From positions 1 through 54,639 of the forward strand of contig JAURHO010000001.1 in the NCBI GenBank assembly GCA_030833265.1: a stretch of DNA of 54,639 nt, given 5' to 3'. The number at the start of each line of letters is the position of its first letter. Position 1 is the first letter of the stretch. The translations under genes were made by a program, and so were the position numbers. The notes under the pieces are model-generated. The model searched no databases, had not been told where the DNA came from, and worked only from the letters and a program-made list of their open reading frames with translations. This document shows positions 28,357 to 37,728 of the stretch, in pieces. The stretch is from Crocinitomicaceae bacterium (GTDB lineage Bacteria > Bacteroidota > Bacteroidia > Flavobacteriales_D > Crocinitomicaceae).

Positions 28357-29471
28357 TCAACCCTGAACAATTCAGCAGCGATTCCATCAGCATGTAATTT
28401 ACCCTTATCGGTTAAAATAAGGTGCTGATCTTCAAACGTTAACCAACCAAGACGCGCAAATTCTTCAATTTGCGCGTTTTCTTTTTGAGACCACGGCGCT
28501 TCAAGTGCTGCGGCATTCAGCCCCCACTTTGTTCTTAGGCCCAATAATATCTGTTCATTGCGGCGCTCGTTAGGTGTCAGGTTTTCCCATTCAAACCAGT
28601 TGTCATTTTTTCCGACCGACCTCGTATATTGGGTGTTGTTGCGGACATTCCAACGGCGTTTTTGCCCATCAAATGAATGCGCAGAAGGGCCAACACCTAA
28701 ATATGGTTTAAAAGCCCAGTAACTTGAATTGTGCTTGGAATGCAGACCTGGCCTTGCGAAGTTTGAGATTTCATATTGTTCAAATCCCGCTTGTTTAGCA
28801 AGGTCTATTAAAACAAGGAATTGTTCGTTTTGCAGCACCTCATCTGCCGGCTGTAGTTTTTTCTTTTGAACCAAATGATTGAGTGCTGTTTTTGGCTCAA
28901 CCGTAAGACAATAAGCAGATAAATGCTGAATTCCCAATTGAAATACTTTTTGCAAAGTTTCTTTCCAGGTAGCGATATCAAGACCGGGAAGACCATAGAT
29001 TAAGTCTATACTAATATTTGAAAACCCCAGTTGCTGTGCCAGTTGAATTGCTGTCAAACCTTCGTGCACTGCATGAGCACGGTTCATCCAATTTAGGGTT
29101 TCAGAAGACAACGTTTGGATACCAATACTTAGGCGATTAATGCCAAGTTGCTTCCATGCTTCTAACTGTTCTTGATTGATGTCTTCAGGATTGGCTTCAA
29201 GTGTTATTTCAGCCGTGGTTGATACTTGATAGTTGGCGTTGATCTGCTGTAAAATGGCAGTTAGTTCTTTCGGACTAAGTAAGCTTGGGGTTCCGCCGCC
29301 AAAATAAATGGTTTGAACAGGTTCTTTGAGTTCGTTGGTGCGCAACCCAAGTTCTTGCATCATAGCCGCCAATAAATCAGCGCGATAGGATTCAAAAGTT
29401 GTAGAAAAATGAAAATCACAATAAGTACAACGCTTGCGACAAAAGGGAATGTGCAAGTAGATCCCGCTCAT
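28353..29471 (-). CDS. hemW: Radical SAM heme chaperone HemW (HemN-like, oxygen-independent coproporphyrinogen oxidase family)
   Basis: IPFCRKRCTYCDF (CxxxCxxC) at the N terminus. 372 aa, the short HemN-like length typical of HemW. Confidence 0.88.
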   Translation of the reverse strand: MSGIYLHIPFCRKRCTYCDFHFSTTFESYRADLLAAMMQELGLRTNELKEPVQTIYFGGGTPSLLSPKELTAILQQINANYQVSTTAEITLEANPEDINQEQLEAWKQLGINRLSIGIQTLSSETLNWMNRAHAVHEGLTAIQLAQQLGFSNISIDLIYGLPGLDIATWKETLQKVFQLGIQHLSAYCLTVEPKTALNHLVQKKKLQPADEVLQNEQFLVLIDLAKQAGFEQYEISNFARPGLHSKHNSSYWAFKPYLGVGPSAHSFDGQKRRWNVRNNTQYTRSVGKNDNWFEWENLTPNERRNEQILLGLRTKWGLNAAALEAPWSQKENAQIEEFARLGWLTFEDQHLILTDKGKLHADGIAAELFRVD

Positions 29472-29479
29472 GAGGGCGC

Positions 29480-31813
29480 TTAGTTCTTAAGTAATTTCTG
29501 TTGTAAAACTTGTCCATTTGAACGCTGAAGCTTGACTAAATATGCGCCAGCACTCAACGTTGAAACATTGAGCTTGCAAGCAATACCAGCTTGCTCCTGC
29601 TTCAGCACTGTTTTGCCAAACATATCCAGAATTTCTATCGATAAACGCTCGTTTGTAGACCAACTGATCTGCAATTCTTGCTGAGCTGGATTTGGCGATA
29701 TTTTCCAACCAAAATCGAGTTCTGTATAACCTGCATTGTCAATGTTTTTAACGACTACAAATGTGCTGTCTCCAAAATCAGCAGCAGTGAGCGTGTAAAT
29801 GACGTTATTATTGTGATCGGTTACTGTGAGTGCGCCGTCGGTGCCTCCCCATTGCCCTGCACCCAAGCCGTCGCCATAATAATCATAGATGACAAATGTG
29901 TAACATTCCAGGGCCGGTAATGCCAAATCATAATTATAAACGGTGTTATTTTGTAATGGGTTAGTTGCATCAGTTGGTGCAGGGAATGCACCTGTACCAA
30001 AATTTCCGGCAACATTTTCATTTCCTTCAGACCAAACTACCACACCACTACTATTAACAAGCTCCATATAGGTTTCATTGGCGTAATCATCGGTCGTTAA
30101 AGCAACGTGGATGGTGTCTATGGTTTCAGCTACAGCTAGTACATCAATGGTTACTGTAGCATTGTTATTGTTTGGATTTTCATCAAGTGTTTGATTCGGA
30201 CTACTCACAATAGCACTGAAGGTATGCGTGCCAGCCGCCAATTGCACTTGAGGCAAGGTAATGGTTTGGGCTTGCCATTGTGCCAATGATCCTGACCAAT
30301 TGTAGAGTTGAGCGGTTCCGTTATCAATTTGATAAGTAATTTGTGCACTTGTGATAGTGGTAGATCCGATATTCATGATTGAAACAGTTGGCACGTAGTT
30401 GGCACCACAAAGTGCCAAGGCCGTAAGTTGTGGGGCTGATAAAGCAGCATCAAGCGCTACAACGGTTGCGTTATTTGGATCAAAGCCATCGATAAAAGCT
30501 GCGCCTGAGGCATTTGGATCTAGCCAATATTTGAGCTGATTGGTACTATTACTTCCAACTGGCTCCCATGAATTGGCAACGCGGCCGTAGTAGTCAGGAG
30601 CAGTTTGATTTTGGCAGGAAGCACCACCACCCCATAGCTGTCCGATAATGCGGTGATTTTGATCAAATAACGGAGAACCAGAAGAGCCGCCTTCAGTAGT
30701 GGTATTTCTATCCCAGCCTAAGGTCCAAGTTGAATTGGCTTCTGTAGAACCCATGCCTTGTGAAATAGTAAGCGGATTATCGTCGAAAGAAATTTTCTTG
30801 ATGTCGCCAGACGGATGGTGAATTGAAACGGCGGATGTTGGAATTGCACCTGAGTTATCCCAACCTGAAAAATAGGGGTTGTAGTCTGGTGGAACACTGC
30901 CATTCACTAAGCCACCTGTAATTTCTACCAAACAGAAGTCTGAAGGTGTTCTGCGAGCTCTTAAAACAGCACCACTCAAAGATTGAAAACTTGGTGAACT
31001 TGCCGGATTTATACAGTCAGCAGCTTGCCAATTGAAACGGAAAATCCAGTTTGCCGGATTGCTATAACAGTGGTTTGCCGTTAAAACATAAGGTTTGCCG
31101 TCGTTTAATGTATTATTGATGAGTGCTCCGGAACAAAAACCGCTACTGCCAGAAACCAACATGACAGCACTTTGACGTTGCTGTGACCAAGGCAAACCAT
31201 CATTGCAATTGACATTCATGTTACAAGAAGCAGAACTGCCAAAGGCCTTTTCAACAAACTCATTAGCTGTGCGGTAGCCATGGGTAACGATGCTAAGGCC
31301 AATATTGCCAACTTCGTTGTTAGGAGCTACATAATACTCAAGAATAGCCACCTCGCCCGGGATGAGTTCGGTGCCAAGCTGACCATCGTAAATGTGTTGT
31401 TGTGTAAACGCCCCAAGAATAAACTCTTTGCTTGGGTTGTAGGCAAAAAGTTGATTTCCTTCAGGAATCATTGTTTGTTCAAATGTTAGGTTGACAGTTA
31501 ATGCTCCTGGGCATTTTAATTTAAGCAACCATAATTTTGCGCCATTGGGTAAATCAAACCAGGTGCCTGCATTAGATGTGTTTAAATTTGTGTGGTTATT
31601 AAAACCAAAGCGCCATGGTGCGATGCCTTGGTCATCTACAAGAGCGTCTTCTGCTTTTAAAGCGGCAATATCAGGCTGAGCAAAAGTCCATTCTTGAATG
31701 GCTTTTTGATCAATGGTTTGTTTGACTGATAAAGGCAAACCTCCGTTCCCTTGAATTTGGGCAAAGAGAAATGAAGTGGAAAGGAGAATGAAAAAGGTAT
31801 AGAATAGTTTCAT
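29480..31813 (-). CDS. T9SS-secreted trypsin-fold (S1) serine endopeptidase, lysyl-endopeptidase-like
   Basis: Signal peptide, a ~200-aa propeptide-like region, LTANHC (His) and EGGSSGSPLF (Ser). These are followed by a CARDB-like Ig domain, a YGDG module and a type-A T9SS CTD (ISPNPAQQELQISW...GAYLVKL...). Confidence 0.85.
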   Translation of the reverse strand: MKLFYTFFILLSTSFLFAQIQGNGGLPLSVKQTIDQKAIQEWTFAQPDIAALKAEDALVDDQGIAPWRFGFNNHTNLNTSNAGTWFDLPNGAKLWLLKLKCPGALTVNLTFEQTMIPEGNQLFAYNPSKEFILGAFTQQHIYDGQLGTELIPGEVAILEYYVAPNNEVGNIGLSIVTHGYRTANEFVEKAFGSSASCNMNVNCNDGLPWSQQRQSAVMLVSGSSGFCSGALINNTLNDGKPYVLTANHCYSNPANWIFRFNWQAADCINPASSPSFQSLSGAVLRARRTPSDFCLVEITGGLVNGSVPPDYNPYFSGWDNSGAIPTSAVSIHHPSGDIKKISFDDNPLTISQGMGSTEANSTWTLGWDRNTTTEGGSSGSPLFDQNHRIIGQLWGGGASCQNQTAPDYYGRVANSWEPVGSNSTNQLKYWLDPNASGAAFIDGFDPNNATVVALDAALSAPQLTALALCGANYVPTVSIMNIGSTTITSAQITYQIDNGTAQLYNWSGSLAQWQAQTITLPQVQLAAGTHTFSAIVSSPNQTLDENPNNNNATVTIDVLAVAETIDTIHVALTTDDYANETYMELVNSSGVVVWSEGNENVAGNFGTGAFPAPTDATNPLQNNTVYNYDLALPALECYTFVIYDYYGDGLGAGQWGGTDGALTVTDHNNNVIYTLTAADFGDSTFVVVKNIDNAGYTELDFGWKISPNPAQQELQISWSTNERLSIEILDMFGKTVLKQEQAGIACKLNVSTLSAGAYLVKLQRSNGQVLQQKLLKN

Positions 31814-31901
31814 AAGAGCTGTAATTTAAACAAGCATTCGAAAATAGTACTTTTTAGGCGAAAGGACCTCCGCTATGACGAAAAAACTAAGCCACAAGTT
31901 G

Positions 31902-31909
31902 TATCTTTG
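31902..31909 (+). promoter_or_regulatory. TATCTTTG motif immediately upstream of the udk ATG 31914
   Basis: Exact TAnnTTTG match only 4 nt from the ATG. If functional, the udk-kinase mRNA is leaderless or the start assignment is wrong. Confidence 0.3.
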
Positions 31910-31913
31910 CTTT

Positions 31914-32546
31914 ATGTCTAAACCATTTGTTATCGGAATTTGTGGCGGCAGCGGGGCCGGTAAAACCACCCTTCTCAAACGCATTTCTGAATCTCTTGAA
32001 GGGTATAGCTCGTCTGTATTCTCTATGGACAATTACTACTTACCCATAGACCAACAACAAAAAGACAGCAACGGCATCGTTAATTTTGACCTCCCTACTG
32101 CGCTGGACCATGAAAAATTAGCCCTCGATTTACAACAACTGATCTCTGGAGAACCCATAGAAGTACGCGAGTATTTTTTCAATGTTCAGGGCAACAAAAG
32201 TGTGCTTCTTACCATTCAGCCAAGTGATATCATTATTGTTGAAGGGCTCTTTACTTTGCACTATCCGAATGTCTTTGAACAACTAGACTTCAGTATTTAT
32301 GTAGATGTAGACCACGCTATTCAACTAGACCGACGCATTTACCGAGACCAAGAAACACGTGGCTATAAACGTTCAGAAATTATCTATCAGTGGGACAACC
32401 ATGTCCTTCCTTGTTACCAACAATTCATTGAACCCTATAAAGATCATGCGCATTTCGTTTTTCGAAATGACCATCGCTCAGAAGATGACTTCTTGCTTTT
32501 GACCAAAGAACTGCGTAACTTGTTGCCAGCGCGCTTTGTTCAATGA
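31914..32546 (+). CDS. udk: Uridine kinase
   Basis: IGICGGSGAGKTT P-loop immediately after the chosen Met. The listed upstream ATG at 31875 adds 13 odd residues and would contain the TATCTTTG motif at 31902-31909. The start is therefore uncertain, and the mRNA may be nearly leaderless. Confidence 0.88.
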   Translation: MSKPFVIGICGGSGAGKTTLLKRISESLEGYSSSVFSMDNYYLPIDQQQKDSNGIVNFDLPTALDHEKLALDLQQLISGEPIEVREYFFNVQGNKSVLLTIQPSDIIIVEGLFTLHYPNVFEQLDFSIYVDVDHAIQLDRRIYRDQETRGYKRSEIIYQWDNHVLPCYQQFIEPYKDHAHFVFRNDHRSEDDFLLLTKELRNLLPARFVQ

Positions 32547-35500
32547 AACTCGATTTAAGCAAATTCAAACACTGGAAAATTGGCCTCATTGGGTTGGGTT
32601 TAATCTTTTGCGCCAGTATAATTTTAGGTATTAATGGCCCAAATGCGTTCGAAAAGGACGGCATTCAGCGACAATTTTCAGCACTTGAAAAAAAAGCGGA
32701 GGTGGAAGCCCTTCAGTTGTTATCACAGCTCAAAAACAAGCAAAAACTAAAGCTGAGCTCAGAATTTTATTACCACATCTATGACGGAGAACGTCTCTTT
32801 GGTTGGCGCAATAATCAATTGCCCGTTGGTCGGTATAAAACTGCTACTTTCCCTGCAAACGGTCTTGTTAAGCTAAAAAATGGTTGGTATTTTTCTACAA
32901 TAAAAGTAGCTGATGGGCTTACCTGTTGCGTAAGCTTTTGCCTCCAAAACACCTATGAACTTCAAAATGATTTTTTAAAAGCCAAGAACCCAGCTTTTTG
33001 GCCAAATGATTTTCAAATCCAATTAACTGGCTTGCCTGAGAACGCGCTCCGCGACAAGCAAGGGAAGATGATCTGCTATTTGAGCCCGCAGCATGCAAAC
33101 CACGGCACTTCACTTGCCCTACTACTGGCACCATTAATTTTTATTTTGGGTTTGTGCTTGATCTTATTCAACTTCTTTAAAATCTATCGAGGAAATCCGT
33201 GGGCAAGTAGCATCCTTCTCTTGGCATTAATCATCAGTAGAATCTTTCTGTATGAAGTCAATTGGCCCTTTCATTTGCTTGATTCTGATTGGTTTGCAGC
33301 AAGTTTCTTTGCTTATGACGAATGGACTCCTAATTTTTTCGAATTCGTCATTAATTGTCTTTACGCCGGTTTTGCGCTACAATTTATCATAGAACTGATC
33401 AGAAAATCTCCTTACAACTGGTTGAAATCTGTGATTTTGGGGCTGCCATTTTTATATTGGTATTGGATTACTCATCAAATTGGACTCGTTCTAGAACACT
33501 CCAATATTCCTGTGAATTTTGAGCACTTATTTGAATTGCGCCTGAGCTCTTTTGTCTTCTTTAGCCTCATTGGTTTTTTCTTCTATCAATTTCAACTGAT
33601 TTTACTTGTTGTGCTTCCCTTTCAAAATGGAAAAATGCCCCCAGAGAAGCGCTGGTCATACTTAGGGTTGCTCTTTATTCCTTTTTTCATTCTCATCTAT
33701 TTTGAACGCAGTTGGTTTAATCTGCTCCCCATTATTACAATTTTGCTGAATTGGATTTTGGGCAAGCGTTCCGAATTTTCTTGGTTCCGTTTGAGTCGGC
33801 AATTACTGATGCTCAGTTTGTTTTCCTTTTTTCTGAGTCTGCATTTTCAAGCATTGGTTAAAGAAAAAGAACTAGAAAATAAACGCCTTTTTGCACAACA
33901 ACTTTCATTAGACCGCAATATTAACCTTGAGCTGGCTTTCTCTCAGGTAGCCCCAGATATTTTGAAAGAAAAATGGCTACTCGGCAGTTTCGATAGCTTG
34001 AAAAGACAAATAACCAAAGTGAGCTTTGAACATATCTTGAATCAGAAGTTCTTTCAAGGTGTTTGGGATGGCTTTGAAATTGAATCTGATCTTTTTGATG
34101 CAAGCGGCAAACCCTGTTTTGGCCTAGACAGCCTTCGTTTGAAGAAATTAACAGATCTGGTAAAAATTCACGGGGAGCCCTCAGAAATAGAAGAACACAT
34201 TTACTTTATGCCCCATGAAGAACAAGGGCTCAGCTATGTGATTTTACTGCCATTAACTTCGCAAAAAACCTTAGTGCTCACGCTCATTTCTAAGCGCATT
34301 CCCGAAGAAATGGGCTTCCCAAGACTCTTAATTTCAGATCAGGCAGGCATCTCCAAAAGTTTAGAACAGTATTCAATTGGAAAATATGCTGAAGGGCGGC
34401 TCATCCATCAAACTGGTGGATTCAATTTCCCAAATACCCTTCAGGCTTTTTCAAAATCCTCGCTTAAAAAACAACATTTTGAATTGCGTGGCTTTGAGCA
34501 TACTGTTTTTTTAAGTGGGGCTGGTTCTGCTATTTTCATTTCAACCAAACAAAGTGAAGGGCTCAATTTGATCACCAGTTTTGCCTTCATTTTTGTCTTT
34601 TGGGGAGGCCTGACCATCGCGGTTAATTTTTTAACAGGACAAGGTCTGTTGCTCGGTAGAGAATGGAGTCTTTCTCTAAAAATCCAAATTGCTTTTTTAG
34701 TAATTCTTGTCATTTCTCTATTTCTGTATGGACTAGGTAGCTCTATTTTTATTGGGCAGCAATTTGATGCCTACGCACAACAAGCGCTCAAAGAAAAACT
34801 TCATGCCGTTGAAATAGAACTCGATAATCAGTTGGGGCAACTCGATACCCTAGACGCCGCACAACTTGGCTTCCAATTAGAAGCAGAAACCGCTAAATTA
34901 TCGAGTGTTTTTAACACCGACCTCTTTATTTATGATGCCGATGGCTTTTTAATAGCCTCTTCTCGACCAAAGTTATTTGCATTTGGCTTAGTTGGTGAAC
35001 ACATGGATGCCGTTGCCATGGATGCGCTGATTGGGCAGAAAAACAGCTACTTCTCTCACCAAGAACAAATAGGTAATTTAAAATATCGCAGTGCTTATTT
35101 GCCGCTCATGAATGAGAAACGAAATCTACTTGGTTTTATCAATCTTCAGTTATTTGGGCAACAGCAAGCCTATGAGCAACAACTCGAGGAATTTTTAAAA
35201 GCCGCTATTAATGTCTTTATCCTTTTATTGGCGCTTTCCGTCTTTATTGCGCTTATTGTGAGTAATTGGCTCGTTGGTCCGCTGCAAATGGTTGCAAAAT
35301 CAGTACGAAATATTGAGTTTGGCAAGAAAAATCAGCGCATTACTTATCAAAACAAAGATGAAATTGGTGCCATTGTTCAATCGTACAACGAAAAACTCCT
35401 CGAACTAGAAACCGCAGCACTCAAATTAGCCAAAAGCGAACGTGAAAGTGCTTGGCGAGACCTCGCACAACAAATTGCGCATGAAATTAAAAATCCATTG

Positions 35501-36112
35501 ACGCCAATGAAGTTGAGCATCCAACATCTCTTGCGCAATCTCGAAAATGGGCATCCACAAACCCTAGAACAGGTGCAAAAAGCACTGCCATCTTTGGTTG
35601 AACAAATTGATGCGCTGGCTGCAATGGCCAATGAATTTGCCCAGTTTGCAAAACTCCCTGAACCTCAATTTGAACCACTTGATTTAAAAAATTTGGTGCA
35701 AAGTGCCTTGCCTCTATTTGAAAACAAAGCAGTGATTCAGTTTGATACTCACGGAACCGATTTCACGATTCTCGCCGACAAAAAAATGCTCGGACAGGTT
35801 TTAAATAACCTCATTAACAACGCACTTCAAGCTACCCAAGAAACTGAAAATGGGGCAATTCAAATTAGGATTGAAAGCCAAGACAAAAAACTTGCTTTAT
35901 CTGTTAAAGACAACGGAGTAGGCATCAGTGAAGCCGCCAAAGAAAAAATATTTACCCCTTATTTTACCACAAAATCATCGGGTTCAGGTATTGGGCTAAA
36001 CGTGGTTAGGCAAATTCTAGAAAAGCACAACGGAAAAATTCACTTTGAATCTGAGGAAGGAGAAGGCAGTTGCTTTTTTGTGGAACTCCCCTTATTTTCT
36101 GAAGGGTCTTAA
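32543..36112 (+). CDS. Orphan sensor histidine kinase, NtrY-like transmitter with very large polytopic N-terminal sensor region
   Basis: The C-terminal ~300 aa carry a HAMP-like segment, H-box AHEIKNPLTPMKL, N-box LNNLINNALQA, G1 VKDNGVGI, F FTPYFTTK and G2 GSGIGL. The preceding ~880 aa contain by eye at least 12 TM segments and three soluble loops of 150-200 aa. The start overlaps the udk stop (ATGA). Confidence 0.9.
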   Translation: MKLDLSKFKHWKIGLIGLGLIFCASIILGINGPNAFEKDGIQRQFSALEKKAEVEALQLLSQLKNKQKLKLSSEFYYHIYDGERLFGWRNNQLPVGRYKTATFPANGLVKLKNGWYFSTIKVADGLTCCVSFCLQNTYELQNDFLKAKNPAFWPNDFQIQLTGLPENALRDKQGKMICYLSPQHANHGTSLALLLAPLIFILGLCLILFNFFKIYRGNPWASSILLLALIISRIFLYEVNWPFHLLDSDWFAASFFAYDEWTPNFFEFVINCLYAGFALQFIIELIRKSPYNWLKSVILGLPFLYWYWITHQIGLVLEHSNIPVNFEHLFELRLSSFVFFSLIGFFFYQFQLILLVVLPFQNGKMPPEKRWSYLGLLFIPFFILIYFERSWFNLLPIITILLNWILGKRSEFSWFRLSRQLLMLSLFSFFLSLHFQALVKEKELENKRLFAQQLSLDRNINLELAFSQVAPDILKEKWLLGSFDSLKRQITKVSFEHILNQKFFQGVWDGFEIESDLFDASGKPCFGLDSLRLKKLTDLVKIHGEPSEIEEHIYFMPHEEQGLSYVILLPLTSQKTLVLTLISKRIPEEMGFPRLLISDQAGISKSLEQYSIGKYAEGRLIHQTGGFNFPNTLQAFSKSSLKKQHFELRGFEHTVFLSGAGSAIFISTKQSEGLNLITSFAFIFVFWGGLTIAVNFLTGQGLLLGREWSLSLKIQIAFLVILVISLFLYGLGSSIFIGQQFDAYAQQALKEKLHAVEIELDNQLGQLDTLDAAQLGFQLEAETAKLSSVFNTDLFIYDADGFLIASSRPKLFAFGLVGEHMDAVAMDALIGQKNSYFSHQEQIGNLKYRSAYLPLMNEKRNLLGFINLQLFGQQQAYEQQLEEFLKAAINVFILLLALSVFIALIVSNWLVGPLQMVAKSVRNIEFGKKNQRITYQNKDEIGAIVQSYNEKLLELETAALKLAKSERESAWRDLAQQIAHEIKNPLTPMKLSIQHLLRNLENGHPQTLEQVQKALPSLVEQIDALAAMANEFAQFAKLPEPQFEPLDLKNLVQSALPLFENKAVIQFDTHGTDFTILADKKMLGQVLNNLINNALQATQETENGAIQIRIESQDKKLALSVKDNGVGISEAAKEKIFTPYFTTKSSGSGIGLNVVRQILEKHNGKIHFESEEGEGSCFFVELPLFSEGS

Positions 36113-37678
36113 GTCGTAGAGTTGCACATGCTGATGCTTATACAGCAAATGTTTTAAAAAAGGTTTGATGTCCACATGAGCTGTGTCTTGCTCCAAAATC
36201 AATAATTTACTTGCCCCTTTCTGGATCAACTGCTGAATCTGCGGAATAAAAGGTTGGTCTCTGTATAAACTATAATTGCTGTAACCAATGCGATCTATGG
36301 CTGTAAGGTGCACATTTGGATAAGGATCCGAAAAACAAAAAACGGTATCGTTGCTACCAATTAAGTATTTAATGTCTTCTCGCTGCGCTTGAATTTGACC
36401 CAGCGTTTCATCTTGATTGAAGTAAAACCAACCCCAATTTCCTCGGATAAAACTAGAAGTCAAGGGGGTGTTTTTAACGATGATATTTTGATTTCCTGCC
36501 GCCACCTGAGTATAAGAAACTGCATTCAAGAAGATCAGTGTAAGGCCAACATACGCAATTCGTTTTTGCCAATGCGCAGCTGCTATAAATGAACCCGTAT
36601 ATTTCATGTAAATAGCCATCAAAATAAGCGGGACAAACAAGATTTCAATAAAATAGTAATCATGGACATCAAAAACCCAGAACCATAAAATGAAATAGGC
36701 AATGGCCCCTATGAAAGAGATGGCAATCAAAAAGCGCAAGTAAAGCGGAATTTCCTTTTTGAATAAGGACCAAAACCCAATGAGCAACAATGGCACCAAA
36801 ATCAATTGGTGATACATCTCCTTGACGTGTTCAACTAAAATCAGTTTTATAATGCGAATTTGTTCTTCTGCACTCACCTCCCAAATGGGCCTGATGGTAG
36901 TTGAGAAAATTGTTGAGCCGTGTGCAGCATTGTAACGGATGGCATAAGTATACCACATGAAACTGCTAAGCATCGCTAGCACCACACTGAAGCCCAACCA
37001 ATAAACACGACGATCTGAAAGGTAAGATTTCCAGGAGTTGGTCAGAAGTATCGTAAAAAATAAGGCGCCCAGAAAAGCCAAAACAGCAATTAAAGCAGTG
37101 ACTTTGATAAGGATAGCCAAACTGAGAAAAATAGTGAAGCCTAAATAACTCCGCTTGCTCTTTGTTTGCAAATAAGAGAAGCAGGTACTGATGGCGAGCA
37201 GCAAAAATGAGAAGGCATAAATATTGGGTAAAACGGTGTCTGCGTAATAAATCAAGACTGGTGTGCTAAATATGATGCCTGAAAAGACAAATACTTTTTG
37301 TTTAGACTCAAAAAACCAAAGCAAAAAGTGCTGCAAGGAAATAATGGAAGTCATTAATAGCCCCAAACTGAATAGCTTAGAGAGCCAAAGTTGATACCCT
37401 GTCAGTTTCCAGATTTGCCCAATTATATAATAAACAATGGGAAATTCAGCAGCAGCATGGCGATTTCCACTTGGCGAAATCCAGTTGGTTTGCGGCTCTA
37501 AAAATGCCGCTCCTCTCATATACTGAATGGCCTGCGTCAGTGAATCAGACTTTCTGCATTCGTGAATGGGCAAGATGTCGGCTGAAAAATGCTGCCAAAA
37601 TGCATAAAGAAAACTTAACAACAGGAGAAGGCCTAGTATGCGCCACTTCAGGTCTATCTTGTATTCAAATACTTTCAT
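36092..37678 (-). CDS. Polytopic membrane protein, GT-C fold glycosyltransferase-like (ArnT/PMT family 39-like)
   Basis: 528 aa with about 11 TM helices in the first 400 aa, then a ~130-aa soluble C-terminal domain. This is the architecture of GT39/ArnT-like enzymes. No motif-level confirmation. Confidence 0.55.
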   Translation of the reverse strand: MKVFEYKIDLKWRILGLLLLLSFLYAFWQHFSADILPIHECRKSDSLTQAIQYMRGAAFLEPQTNWISPSGNRHAAAEFPIVYYIIGQIWKLTGYQLWLSKLFSLGLLMTSIISLQHFLLWFFESKQKVFVFSGIIFSTPVLIYYADTVLPNIYAFSFLLLAISTCFSYLQTKSKRSYLGFTIFLSLAILIKVTALIAVLAFLGALFFTILLTNSWKSYLSDRRVYWLGFSVVLAMLSSFMWYTYAIRYNAAHGSTIFSTTIRPIWEVSAEEQIRIIKLILVEHVKEMYHQLILVPLLLIGFWSLFKKEIPLYLRFLIAISFIGAIAYFILWFWVFDVHDYYFIEILFVPLILMAIYMKYTGSFIAAAHWQKRIAYVGLTLIFLNAVSYTQVAAGNQNIIVKNTPLTSSFIRGNWGWFYFNQDETLGQIQAQREDIKYLIGSNDTVFCFSDPYPNVHLTAIDRIGYSNYSLYRDQPFIPQIQQLIQKGASKLLILEQDTAHVDIKPFLKHLLYKHQHVQLYDLRPFRK

Positions 37679-37728
37679 GTGAAAGTAAAGATACAGATGC
37701 TGTGCTTAAAAAACGCTAATTGCCTGTA

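Noticed and set aside
30389-30404. A very good sigma-54 consensus match, TGGCACGTAGTTGGCA, on the plus strand.
   Set aside because: It lies antisense inside the protease CDS. No plus-strand gene follows for about 1.5 kb. It is partly a by-product of a direct repeat of TTGGCAC encoding VPT/GAN residues. It is most likely a chance match. It would only be revisited if antisense transcription were seen.
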